Assembly: GCF_020745735.1 (NCBI RefSeq) | Contig: NC_083435.1 | Location: forward strand, 44,826,498-44,890,497 | Reading direction: 5' to 3' | Length of the DNA stretch: 64,000 bases | Source of the DNA: Hemiscyllium ocellatum | Lineage: Eukaryota | Shown: positions 1 to 11,756 of the stretch, in pieces | Numbering within the stretch: the first letter of the stretch is position 1 | How the letters are laid out: each line of letters starts with the position of its first letter | Made by a program: the position numbers and the translations under genes | The notes under the pieces: model-generated | Database searches by the model: none | Seen by the model: the letters and a program-made list of their open reading frames with translations, nothing else | What the model was told of the DNA's origin: nothing

Positions 1-1
1 A

Positions 2-940
2 TTGTTTAAATGTGACTTTTGTGACAAGTCATTCCCCACTTCATTAAGACTCCTGTTCCATCAGAGGATTCACACTGGGGAGAAACCATTCAAATGTGAC
101 CTATGTGACAAGTCATTCTCACAGTCAGGAAATCTCCAGTTACATCGGCGTGTTCACACAGGGGAGAAACCATTCAACTGTGAAGTGTGTGATAAGTCTT
201 TCTCACATTCAGGATCCCTGACCCTACACCAGCGTGTACACACAGGGGAGAAACCATTCAGCTGTGAACTGTGTGACAAATCTTTCTCCTGGTCAGGATC
301 CCTCCGCATACACCGGCGTATGCACACAGGAGAGAAACCCTTTAAGTGTGAAGTGTGTGACAAATCATTTGCGCGAGCAGTATTCCTCCGTACACACCAA
401 CGTGTGCACACAGGAGAGAAACCCTTCCATTGTGAGGTGTGTGACAAATCATTCACACAGGCAGGATACCTGCACATACACCAACGTATTCACACAGGAG
501 AGAAGTTGTTTAAGTGTGAGGTGTGTGACAAATCTTTCCCCACGTCATCAGGACTCCTGTTCCATCAGAGGATTCATACTGGAGAAAAACCATTCCGATG
601 TGAAGTGTGTGACAAATCATTCTCATCATCATCAAACCTCCGCATTCATGAACGTGTCCACACAGGAGAGAAACCTTTCCAGTGTGAGGTGTGTGACAAA
701 TCATTCACACAGGCAGGATACCTCCGCACACACCAACGTATTCACACAGGAGAGAAGTTGTTTAAGTGTGAGGTGTGTGACAAATCATTCCCCACTTCAC
801 AAAGACTCCTGATCCATCAGAGGATTCACACAGGGGAGAAACCATTCAGGTGTGAGGTGTGTGACAAATCGTTCACACAGTCAGGGAACCTCCGCACACA
901 CCAACGAGTACACACAGGAGAGAACTTGTTGAAGTGTTAG
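2..940 (+). CDS. C2H2 zinc-finger protein, 3' part (11 intact tandem fingers; 5' end lies outside the window)
   Basis: Open frame of 84-nt repeats, each F-x-C-x2-C-DKSF-x5-L-x2-H-x3-H with TGEKP/TGEKL linkers; ends at TAG 938-940. The frame is open from base 2, so the ORF-track 'M' is a TTG, not a true start. Confidence 0.93.
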   Translation: MFKCDFCDKSFPTSLRLLFHQRIHTGEKPFKCDLCDKSFSQSGNLQLHRRVHTGEKPFNCEVCDKSFSHSGSLTLHQRVHTGEKPFSCELCDKSFSWSGSLRIHRRMHTGEKPFKCEVCDKSFARAVFLRTHQRVHTGEKPFHCEVCDKSFTQAGYLHIHQRIHTGEKLFKCEVCDKSFPTSSGLLFHQRIHTGEKPFRCEVCDKSFSSSSNLRIHERVHTGEKPFQCEVCDKSFTQAGYLRTHQRIHTGEKLFKCEVCDKSFPTSQRLLIHQRIHTGEKPFRCEVCDKSFTQSGNLRTHQRVHTGENLLKC

Positions 941-1640
941 TTGCATGACAGTTCATTCCCTAACTCTTGGAGACTGTTGCTCCATCAGAGAATTCATACT
1001 TAAGAGAAACTATTCATTTATAAGTTGTGTCACAACTCATTCTTGAAGTCATTGAGTCTACACAGACATCAGTTTATTCACATAGGGAAGATCATTCATG
1101 TATATGTGTATCAAATCATTTTTAAATTTATCAACTCTTCACAGCCATCAAAGCATTCACATGGAGGTTAAATTCTCAAATTATTAGAGCTTCTTGCTCT
1201 ATCAGAGGGTCCACACAGGGGAGTAATGTATGCTCTGTGATGAACCTTTCATGATGTCTTCAAATATCTGGGAGTCCACAGGATTCAAACTTCGGAGAAA
1301 TTATTGAGTCCAATGTTTGTGACTGTCTTTGTACAGTCTGTGTATCTTCTGGTCCATCAACACACTCACAGGGAGGTAACCTAGTCGAAGTATGTTCTGT
1401 AATGAAGTCTCCACACAATTGTCAGATCTCTGGATCTTTGGATTTTCTGGGAAATCAGTGAAGCAACATGGTATACCTCCCAGTGCGTCATGTGTCAGGA
1501 TTGTATCACCACTTTTTCCTCTCTCACCAGACATTTATGCCTCCACACAGACTTGGAGCTGAGTCAGCTGCCTGAGTTGCACTGAAAGTTGACTGTGTGG
1601 TTTACTCTCCAGTCCTCACACAGGAGAGCTGTTGTTCCAA
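941..1640 (+). pseudogene. Vestigial zinc fingers beyond the stop codon
   Basis: In-frame continuation LKC*LHDSSFPNSWRLLLHQRIHT*EKL, then HRHQFIH; YQRVHTGE near 1200-1225; LVHQHTH near 1350; a C-x2-C-x12-H-x3-H finger (CVMCQDCITTFSSLTRHLCLH) from 1484. Interrupted by stops and frameshifts. Confidence 0.65.
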
Positions 1641-2805
1641 AGCACTGTCCGTCTCAAACCTCTCCCATCATCTGTCCATTCAACAAGTTCAATTTAACCT
1701 TTGACCTGATCACCAAAGAAGGCCCCTGCAGAGGATTACTTCAAGTGTAAAGTTTGAAATAAGCTCAATGTGAAGAATGTTCAGTGGGATTGGTATACAG
1801 AACAAAAAGCAGCAAACAACTTGTGAATGACAATACCAATGCTGAAGGATTATGAAATCAACTGTTATATTTTGTGAGTTTTAAAACAAATGATTTTACT
1901 TATACTGCTCACTTGTCTGAAATTGAATGTGGTTTTACTCATCCCATTTTGTTAATTGTGGGAGCCCATTTCCTCCAGTTCCTCGTTTTGTGCACTCTGA
2001 CTTTGTAAGGAATACAGCAACGTTGGTAAAGTTAAATGTGAAGTACGGTTTATTTCATGTACGTTTTTTTTACATTCAGGAATCCTTCACACCGTAAAAA
2101 TACATGGAAATGTAGAAGTGATCCTGGTGAGAATAGTGCATGGAAAACCACCATCCCATGAGTTGTCATGTGTCAGAAACGACCAGTTGAATCTCTGGGA
2201 TGGTTCATGCCTGAATGTGGCCACATTCTGAAGGAAATTATGTATTCCCTGTAACAACCTTATGTACTAACATGTAGCAAAACAGATTGTTAATAAGTAA
2301 TATGCAAACTTTATCTACCCTTCTAAAGGTGAAATGAGATGACTTTGTCACAGTTTGTTGGTATTCTGACTGCAAAAGTCCCTCAATTCAGTAGCCGCTC
2401 AGTTATTTCTTGATCTTGGTTTCAGTTAGAATTTTTTGCAAGTTCTTTGAATGTTACTTCACTTGCTCAGGCTTGAAGGTCTGAGTCCCAACTGACTTTT
2501 CTCCTCCCAGTTCAGTAACAAACTGCCCCTCATCGACCATTCAAAACCCTGTTGCTGGGTAATTTACTTTTTAATGGAAGGACATCTGGTGTTGATGTAT
2601 CTCACAAAAAAAATTAGAATCAGCTTCCAGGAAATGTATCTACTCTTGTGTGATCACAAGTGACTACACAGTTCCACTTGCCTTTTTAGTTGAGAAAGAA
2701 CTAAAAATCCAAACGTTCATTTTTAAATTTCAATTTCCAAGTAAAGTGTGTGTCATCCTTAATAAACAGTGAAAAAGTATCCACTTAAATACAAAATAAA
2801 ACCAA

Positions 2806-3337
2806 GAAGTGCAATTCTGGTCTTCCTATTGGAAGGATGCTGTGAAACTTGAAATGGTTCAGAAAAGATTTACAAGGATGTTGCCAGGGTTGGAGGATTT
2901 GAGCTACAGCGAAAGGTTGAATAGTCTGTGGCTGTTTTCCCTGGAGCGTTGGAGGCTGAAGGGTGACCTATTGAGGTTTATAAAGTCATGAAGGGCCTGG
3001 ATAGAATAAATAGACAAAGTCTCTTCCCTGGACTGGGGGAGTCCAGAACTAGAAGGCATAGGTTTCGGGTGAGAGGGGAAAGATATAAAAGAGACCTAAT
3101 GACAACCTTTTCACTCAGAGGGTGGTACATGTATGGAATGAGCTACCAGAGGAAATGGTGAAGGCTGGTACAACTGCAACGTTTAAAAGCCAATTGGATG
3201 GGTATATGAATACGAAGGGTTTGGAGGGATATGGGCCACATGCTGGCAGGTGGGTCGAAATTGGGTTGGGATATCTGGTCAGCATGGATGGGTTCGACCG
3301 AAGGGTGTGTTTCTGTGCTGTACATCTCTTTGACTCT
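2806..3337 (+). mobile_element. CR1-type LINE, 3' fragment
   Basis: QFWS..KDAVKLEMVQKRFTRMLPGLEDLSYSERL is the CR1 ORF2 C-terminus, followed by the typical 3' UTR ending in tgactctat. Confidence 0.9.
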
Positions 3338-3605
3338 ATTTACAATTTTATCATTATGGGTTGATTGGTTGAAGAGTTGTCAACAGTTTATTTTTAAAAG
3401 TCCCTTTGAAAGGCTTTTGAGGAACTTTTGCTGAAATGTGATTTGTGCTTCACTGACTTGATGAAAGCAGGTTTACTTAAAGAGTGCACAAGTAGAGGTT
3501 AGTGGTACATTTTACTAGCCAGAGGTTTCTCCATTGTCACGTGGAGTTAAAAGTGTAGATTTTATCAGTAGATGTGCAATGGAGCAGCACTGACCCCTGG
3601 TCTAT

Positions 3606-3920
3606 GGGTGGCACGGTGGCACAGTGGTTAGCACTGCTGCCTCTCAGCGCTAGAGACCCGGGTTCAACTCCCGCCTCAGGCGACTGACTGTGTGGAGTTT
3701 GCACATTCTCCCCGTGTCTGTGTGGGTTTCCTCTGCGTGCTCCAGTTTCCTCCCACAGTCCAAAGATGTGCGAGTCAGGTGAATTGGCCATGCTAAATTG
3801 CCCATAGTGTTAGGTAAGAGGTAAATGTAAGGGTATGGGTGGGTTGCGCTTCAGCGGGTCGGTGTGGACTTGTTGGGCCGAAGGGCCTGTTTCCACACTG
3901 TAAGTAATCTAATCTAATCT
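3606..3920 (+). mobile_element. tRNA-derived shark SINE (HE1-like), full length
   Basis: Pol III A box TGGCACAGTGG and B box GGTTCAACTCC, body shared with other copies in the window, and a (TAATC)n tail. Confidence 0.92.
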
Positions 3921-5689
3921 GTCTGTTATTTCAGAATTACACAGTTAAAAAGTGTTCAGAACTATGGAAACTATGCGATGAAAAGAGAAGCAATTATCAT
4001 CGAGACAAAGGCTGACTGTTTATGGGCCTTTGCAAAGATTATTAATAAATCTTATGGTGTGGATGTGTCTTGCATTGTATTGTGTGAGGGATTTTCTTTG
4101 AGACAGTTGTTCCTATAGCAGATTAAAACACAACTGTTAATCTTCCAGACCCATCAGGAGTTGTCTGGGTGTTAATTGTCTGGCTGATATTGACTCTGGA
4201 GAAGTTTTCAGCAGATGATTTGTTATTCCACTTAAATGATTATGCAATCCTTTTTGTTATTCAAATTTTGGTTTTTACAATGATGAAGTGTCAATGAAAC
4301 AGGAATTAGAGTAACTCCCTATGTAGTGAAAACACCCAGTTTTGTTTATATCCAGCGTGTTAACATAAACTGAACAACTTTATCCATAGTTTTAGAAGTG
4401 GAGCTTGGATAATGTCTTTGATGGTGAGTATTTCAAGCATTAACTGTTTGAGAGAGCATTGTTGTTAGACTGCATCATTGCTTTATCTCTCTCAAACAGT
4501 TACTGGATGAAATGCTCACATTTCTCAAACTACTATGTTCTCCAAAATACTTGTCCAGGATGTTACTGTTCTGTCCAAGATGGGAAGAGTGCACTTTCAC
4601 TCCTTAGTCCCATTGCTGCACAGCCACAACATCAATGTAATTGCCTTTCCCGCTATGTTTAGTTGTATCTATTCGACTTACAATAAAAAAGAACTGTTAA
4701 CCACGTTTCAGTAATGAGGACAAAATTATTAATTATTATGACATAGAATTTATTCATTGATGATGCAAAACTAATTAACACACAAAGTTTGTAACATGAA
4801 ACAAAAAACCTTACTTCTCAAGATAACCCAAAACAAATACACGCACAAACACTACGTTAGTGGAAAAAGCAAATTTTTCTCTACCATAATTCACGATGTG
4901 AAAATAAACATTTTTGGGCAAATATAAGATTAGTGATGTTCGAATGACTAATACTCTGATGTTCTGATGTATGTATAGGTGTCACAAAACATAGGCAGTT
5001 ATCCCTGGGATCTTGGCAGATGCAACATGCTGTGGAAACATAGTGTTAAGAAATCTTCCAGTTGCTTTTCAGGAGGACAGTCAGAATTAATGACAAATCT
5101 TTTTGTCCAGAAACAGGAGAACTGAGCAATGAGCCCCTTCCCGACAGCAAACTTGTCACCAGCTATTCCAAAAACTAGCCTGAAAGCTGTAGAGCCAGGA
5201 AGACATCAGAAAACAAGTAGTTGTCATAAGACATGCAACTGATAAGGAATTCCTTTAAAAAAAAAGTTTAACGTCATTTCATTCTTAACAAACCCCTGGT
5301 GGTTGTGAAGACTAGTTGTCAAGCTCAAGCCCATAAAAGAAATTTAAACCTGAAGCAAATGTGTAATAGAGGCAGTTTTTTTGTTGCTTTGACTAAGTTC
5401 TGAACAACGCTGTTAAAAACCAAGTACTCTCTTTCATATATTATAGTTTGCTTTAATTTCAGTTTTCACTTAATTTAGTTCTTTCCTAATAATATCAATA
5501 AATGTCACAGACCACAGCAAAAGTTGTATCTTGGCTGTAGAATTGAAGTCAAACTCCAGAACTAGCCATACTTCTAACCAAGTGACAACACTGGCATCTA
5601 CCTGAGAATTACCCATGTGTGTCCTGTACGAATATTTCACAAACTCAGGGTGTCCAAAAGCATCATTTAGACAATCATGTGTTTTGTAA

Positions 5690-6020
5690 AATTTAACCAC
5701 TGTTTGTTACTTCAGAATACTGGCAGCCTTGTTTTCTCATGGCAAGATCCCACAAACATTAATGTAATACTGACTGGACCATCTGTTTTTGTGACTGTGG
5801 GATCTACACTGACCAGGATACTCGGGATATATTCCTTGTCCTTCCAGTCTCAAGAGATGTTCTAGATTCATCTGAGAGGGCAGACAGTATTTTGGATTAA
5901 CATTAACTGTTTCTTTAACAGTGCAGCACTACCTCAGTACTACATTGGAACGTCAAGCAACAGTACTCAGACTCTGGGTGAAATTGCAATCTTCTGACTT
6001 AGTTGAGAGGGTATGGCTGA
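5690..6020 (-). mobile_element. Old Deu-domain SINE (SacSINE1/AmnSINE1-like), degraded
   Basis: Blocks gcaagatcccacaaac, ctgagagggcagac, acagtgcagcactacctcagtact and cttctgact match, in order, my recollection of the reverse complement of the DeuSINE consensus. Not verified by alignment. Confidence 0.6.
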
Positions 6021-6199
6021 AAATAACTTCTAATATTTCTGTTCTATTGTTTAGACATAGTTCCAAAAATGTATCAGGAATAAAAATTTAAGAAATAACC
6101 CACTCTTCCCACTGAGAGCTCAGTGTTGGTTTTCATGAGTTTTGTGCTTGTTTTCAAATTACTCCATGGCTTTGCCACTCTCTATCTTTGTACTCTCTT

Positions 6200-6305
6200 T
6201 CATCCCTCAGTACTTCTCTGTAGTTTCAGCCATCAATTTTGTGTTCAAGTCCTGGAGTGGGACTTAAACTAACAATGCCCTGAATCAGAGAACAAGGTTG
6301 TCAGT
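6200..6305 (-). mobile_element. Head fragment of a second Deu-domain SINE
   Basis: ccctcagtact...gtgttcaagtcctggagtgggacttaaac matches the tRNA-like head of the same family. Confidence 0.5.
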
Positions 6306-8345
6306 ACAAGTCCAATTCGAGATGGATTATTCCACCTGGATTACAGTTGCTGCCAGAGAGAAATAAGTAATTCCTCAGATTCTGTGTCCCTGGACAAGCA
6401 CCCCATCACCAATTATTGAAACATAAACATTGTAAAATGAGAGAAGACATTATCCAGTAAATATTTACACATTGAAATCAATCAGATCACAATGCGCCAA
6501 ACTTAAATAAAAGTACTTAAAGTGATGTTTAGTAATGTTTATTTTAGTGAAATTTCTCTGCAAACAGGCCACAAAATCCAATCACCGGTTTTGGCACAAC
6601 TGAAAGTTTTTTTTTGAAGTGTTTCTGTTGCCTTTGTCCACATGATCTGCACATAGCCACACCACCCTCCTCTCCGACATATCTCTAACACCCTCTACCC
6701 GCATCTACCTCTTGCCTTCCCAGTAACCTTCCTCCCATCTCCATCCCCACCCACATCCTCCTATTTATCTCTGAGCTCCTCCATTCTATTCACCTCTAGT
6801 TCATCAAAATGGGAAACGAATACTGCTTTAAATCAGAAAGTTTTGAAGGAGATGATGCAGTTCTAAGGCAAATTCTTAGAACTCAATGTATTTACACTGC
6901 ATCTTCAAGCGATGGGGGAAGCTGCTGGTGACTCATAAACACTATGGATTTATATTCAAGCCAGTTCTGCCCAGACACAGCCTTTTGATTGAAAAAAAAA
7001 TTAGGACCCAGTTGTATGGGTCAGGAATACTCAGCATGATAACAATTGTCTGGTTAGTGCTTGGGTGGTGAACTATCTTTGTGTGAACAAACCAGGAACT
7101 GAAAGACTCTAAAGCAGCCCCCTGTTTTTTTTTCTCTCTCGCTGTCCTTCCCAGAAAAAAAACGGAAAATAGCTAACCACTTTAATAAATCATTTGCCTG
7201 CAAACTGCCTCCTATAACCAAGTACACAGTGTGCTAACTACCATATGTGCAGCAAATGTCTTGGAAAGAAGGGGACTGGTAATCATAAGGATTTGGGAAA
7301 AGACAGGACACTTAATTAAATCTACTAGATAGGTAATTAGTTGAAATGTGTTCCCTTAATTTTTTATTACTCCACTCATAGGCTAAATGTTCTTTTGTTT
7401 GACTATGTGTGTGAGATTAATAATTGGTACATTTAACAGAGAAAATTATCAGTTGATAATTTGTACTTTGTTTATCTGAGGTTAGAACTGATTAATTTGT
7501 ATTGAGTAATAATTTCTTCTTAAATACAATGTTGTCTGTTGTCAATGTTGTCTGTTAACCTGAAATCATTGAATAGGAAAATTGGGCCTTTCAGTAACAG
7601 GATTATATCTTGAACTTTTGTGATGACCCTGGGGGTATTGGGACTGAAGGATCAGTGCCGAGTGAATTATGACAATTAGTCATCTGTGATTTTTGTCACT
7701 GGTTTATGAAATATCAACCAGAAATCCGACAGCAATCACAAATGACCACAATCCCAGACAGGGAAAACTGAGAGTAGTAAGTTTCTGATATCAGTGCATG
7801 TTTGATGTGGTTCTTCAAATTACACGCAGAGCTTTCAGGTGTTCAGTCACCAACAGTTAATCATATTCCTGACTCTACTGTACATCCAGTGGCTAACATT
7901 TACTGCAGGAAAACTGCAGGCCTAAAGATGATGGTTTATTTCAGTTGTATCACAAGCACAAGAAAGAGTGAAAATTGTCTAATATAGTCATAATTATGAC
8001 TACCAGATCAGTCTAGTCTTGATCATCAGTAAAGCAATGGAAGGTGTCAACAACAGTGCCTTCAATCAGCACCTACTCAGCAATAACCTGCTCAGTGACA
8101 CTCAGTTTGTGTTCTGCCAGACCACTTAGATCCTGACTTCATTAATGCCTTGGTTCAAACGTAAACAAATAAGCTGAATTCCAGAGGTGAGGGAACAGTG
8201 ACTGTCCTTAACATCAAAGCCAGATTTGACCAGGTGTGACACCAAACAGCCCTTGCAGAACTTGAGTCAGTGGAATCAGGGGGAAACTCACTGTTGCTTG
8301 GAGTTATATCTGACACAAAAGAAGATATTTGTGGTTGTTGAAAGT

Positions 8346-9770
8346 CGGTCATAGAATATAGAACGTTACAGCACAGTAACTCGGCCCTCAATGTTGCACC
8401 AGCCTGTGAACATAATCTGATGTCCATTTAATCCACACCATTCCGTTATTATCCATATGTATATCAATGCCCATTTAAATGTCTTTAATGTCGGTGAGTC
8501 TACTACTGTCACATGAAGGCCGTTCCACATTTCTACCCCTCTCTGAGTGAAGAAACTACCCCTAATATCTGTCCTAAATCTATCAGCCGTCAATTTAAAG
8601 CTATGTCCCCTTGTGTTAGACTTCACCATCCGAGGAAAAAGGCTCTCATTGTCCATCCTATCTAACCCTCTGATTATATTATACATCTCAATTAAATCAA
8701 CTCTCAATCTTCTTCTCTCCAACAAAACAGCGTCAGTTCCCTCAGCCTTTCATTGTAAGGCCTTTCTTCCATACCAGGCAATGACCTAGTAAATCTCCTT
8801 TGAGCCCTTTCCAAAGCTTCCACATTCTTCTGATAATGCGGTGACCAGAACTGCACACAATACTCCAGGTGTGGCCTTACCAGTGTCCTGTACAGCTGAA
8901 GCATGACTTGTAGCTCCAAAACTCCAATCCCACTACCAATAAGCGCCAACACACCACATGCCTCCTTAACAACCCGATCAAGTTGGGTGGCAACTTTCAG
9001 GGATATATGCACTTGGACACCGAGATCTCTCTGTTCATCTACACTGCCAAGAATTTTACCATTAGCCCAGTACTCTGCATTCCTGTTACTTCTTCCGAAG
9101 TGAACTACCTCACACTTTTCTGTATTAAACTCCATTTGCCACTTCTCAGCCTAGCTCTGCATCTTATCGATGTCCCTTTGTAACCCACATCCTTCGGCAC
9201 AGTCCACAACTCTGCCTACCTTGTGTCATCTGCAAATTTACTACGCCCACATCTCGATCATTTATGAAAATGACTAGCAGCGATGGCCCCAAAACAGATC
9301 CTTGCAGCACACCACTGGTAACTGAGTTTCAAGATGAACATTTCCCATCAACCACCACCCTCTGTCTTCTTTCAACTAGCCAATTTCTGATCCAAACTGC
9401 TAAATCACCATCAATCCTGAAACTCTGTATTTTGTACAATAGCCTATCATGTGGAACCTTATCAAATGTCTTACTGAAGTCCACATTCACCACATCAACT
9501 GTTTTACCTTCATCCACCTGTTCTGTGACCTTCTCAAAGAACTCAATAAGGTTCCTGAGGCATGACCTACCCTTCCCAAAAAGAGCAATAGCAAATTTCC
9601 TCCCCAAGATATTGGTACCCCTCTGGTTCAGGTGAAGACCATCCTGTTTGTAGAGATCCCACCTCCCCAAGAAGGAGCTCCAATTATCTAAGAATTCAAA
9701 ACCCTCCCTCCTGCACCATCTCTGCAGCAATGTGTTCAGCTCCAATCTCTTCCTGTTCCTCGCTTCACCT
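8346..9770 (-). mobile_element. CR1 LINE with internal deletion (ORF1 esterase end joined to ORF2 RT), running to the 3' tail
   Basis: Minus-strand ORFs: WCRREGFEFLDNW..DGLHLNQRGTNILG (SGNH esterase) runs directly into GRSCLRNLIEFFE..VDFSKTFDKVPH (RT), then MEFNTEKCEVVHFG..RPHLEYCVQFWSPH, and a (ttcta)-type tail at 8346-8362. Confidence 0.9.
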
Positions 9771-10246
9771 CATCACCCTTCCAGGACATTTCTGCAGGAA
9801 TTCCTCAGTGTCCTTGGCACAAGCATTTCAGCTGCTTTGCCAATGACTTTTCCTTGATCATAAGCTTAGAAGAGGGGATATCTGGTGATGAATACAAATG
9901 GACAGCATTATTCATGACTACTCAGGTACTGAGTACTAGAAAAGCACAGCAGGTCAGGCAGCATCTGAGGATCGGGAGAATCGACATATTGGTCATAAGC
10001 CCTTCATCAGGAATCAGCTTACGCCCAAAACATTGATTCTCCTGCTCCTCGGATGCTGCCTAACTGCTCTGCTTTTCCAGCACCACACTCTAGTCTCTGA
10101 TCTCCATCATCTGCAGTCTTCACTTTCTCCTACTCAGGTACTGAGGTAGGCAGTATCCATATGCAGTGAGACCTGAACAATATCTAGGCAGACAGAGAAA
10201 TGGCAAGTAAATTCATACCACACAAGCGACAAGCAATGATTCTCCA

Positions 10247-10725
10247 AATCTGATTGAAGATTTGTAGTTCGGGTATCCGTTGTTGTGGTTCTGCTCGCCG
10301 AGCTGGAAGTTTTTGCTGCATTCTCTTAGTGCTGTTTTTTTGTGGAGTGTTGTACTGTTCTGTCCTATAGTACTATAGGACAGAACAGGACAACACTCCG
10401 CAAAAAAACAGCACTAAGAGAAAAAATGGACAAACTAACACACAAAAAGGAGGACACTACAACACACAACTGTGTTAAAAACCTCTCCCACAGACAGCTC
10501 ACAGACATGGAAAGAACTATACTGGCCAAGGGACTCAAATACAACCACAGGGATGCCAACACAGCAGACTTCCTAGCAGCACTAGAAAGCACACTCAGGA
10601 ACAATGGACTGACAGAAGAGACACAACAAACAGTGAGACAAACGGTAGTACCCATGATGATAAGAAAACGACAAACACATAACCAAATGCAGCAAAAACT
10701 TCCAGCTCGGCAAGCAGAACCACAA
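10247..10725. mobile_element. Rearranged Penelope-like element remnant with inverted ends and a 13-bp target-site duplication
   Basis: ORF fragment CVKNLSHRQLTDMERTILAKGLKYN is typical of the PLE N-terminal region. 43-bp inverted repeats at 10280-10322 and 10686-10728. Direct repeat caatgattctcca at 10234-10246 and 10726-10738. Confidence 0.8.
10323..10420. repeat. 98-bp spacerless palindrome
   Basis: Two 49-bp arms (10323-10371 and 10372-10420) are reverse complements with 2 mismatches; centre ctatagt|actatag. Confidence 0.96.
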
Positions 10726-11756
10726 CAATGATTCTCCAGCAGAAGAGAATCTAACCATTTCTCCAGCTCAGTGCTGTCGCCGTAACTGAATCCCATAGCA
10801 ACGACATCCTGAAGATTATTATTGACTGGGAACTAAGCTGGATCAGCCATATAAAGAAAGTGTCTATGAGAGCAGGACAGAGCCGAGGAATCGTTCAGCA
10901 AATCTTCCTGAGTCCCTGAAACCTATTGGCACCACATTAGCAAGAACATTTTTTCATCAGTGATCTCCATAGTAAGTATCTACTATCTACAAGATACATT
11001 GCGGAAATTCAAAGATTCTGAGGCAGCACCTTTCAAACCCATGATACTTCTGTCTGGAAGCACAAGGTCAGCAGATAGATGAGAATATCACCACCATCAG
11101 GTTTCTGTCCAAGCAACTCACCATTTTGATTTGGAAATACATTACCATTCCTTTAGCGTTGCTGAAATAAAATTTTGAAACTCCATGTCTAACAGCATTT
11201 TGGATCTAGCTACAATATCTGGACTGCAGCAGTTCAAGGGCAATTAGGGATGGGTCATGAATGTTGGCCCTTGTCATCGATGCCCATATCCCATGAATGA
11301 TTTTTTAAAAATTCACATGAGTTTCCACATTTATGATATTGCCCACCATTTTAAACTTTATCTCTGTACCTCTGATCTTTGTAATGCTGAAGGAAAAGAG
11401 ATAGTGAACAGGAACGAGACAGAGAGGGAGCCAAGGAAGAAGGGGTAGAAATCAAGACAATGAACAATGAAGAATAAGAGCTCAGGAAGCAGAGGTTGGA
11501 GGAGGAGGAGAACAGAGGAAATTGCTGCCACCACTCTCTGCTCAGTATGTACCTTCTGTAGCTATTTTCCTTTATCCCTCAATCTTGTGGCGGGGGGGGG
11601 AAATCACATGTAATAGTTTCTTTCAGTTGTGTCCTATACACGGGAGAAGCAGTTAAAATATCTTAATCCAGTCACAATTATAATATTAACTTAAATATAT
11701 TGACAGGAGTTTCTAATTTTTATATTTATAATTGACTTCAAAACTGTGATTATTTT

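Larger units (their letters stand above)
8003..11290 (+). mobile_element. Degraded LINE of a second CR1-group family, acting as host for nested insertions
   Basis: RT-derived segments at about 8003-8345, 9775-9990, 10150-10246 and 10726-11290 are colinear with the family seen at 13970-15535 (PISLLSIISKVME..SAIK.H.LSNNLL.DAQ). Interrupted by a CR1 and two Penelope pieces. Confidence 0.72.

Noticed and set aside
154-812. ORFs 154-477 (-), 234-812 (+) and 510-704 (-)
   Set aside because: Shadow frames of the repetitive zinc-finger coding sequence.
2-940. Regular 84-bp periodicity as a CRISPR-like array
   Set aside because: It is the 28-codon C2H2 finger repeat in an open frame; eukaryotic context, no cas genes.
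3606-3680. tRNA genes at the SINE heads (also 30323, 45493, 52251)
   Set aside because: A and B boxes are present but there is no complete cloverleaf; each continues into the shared SINE body and tail.
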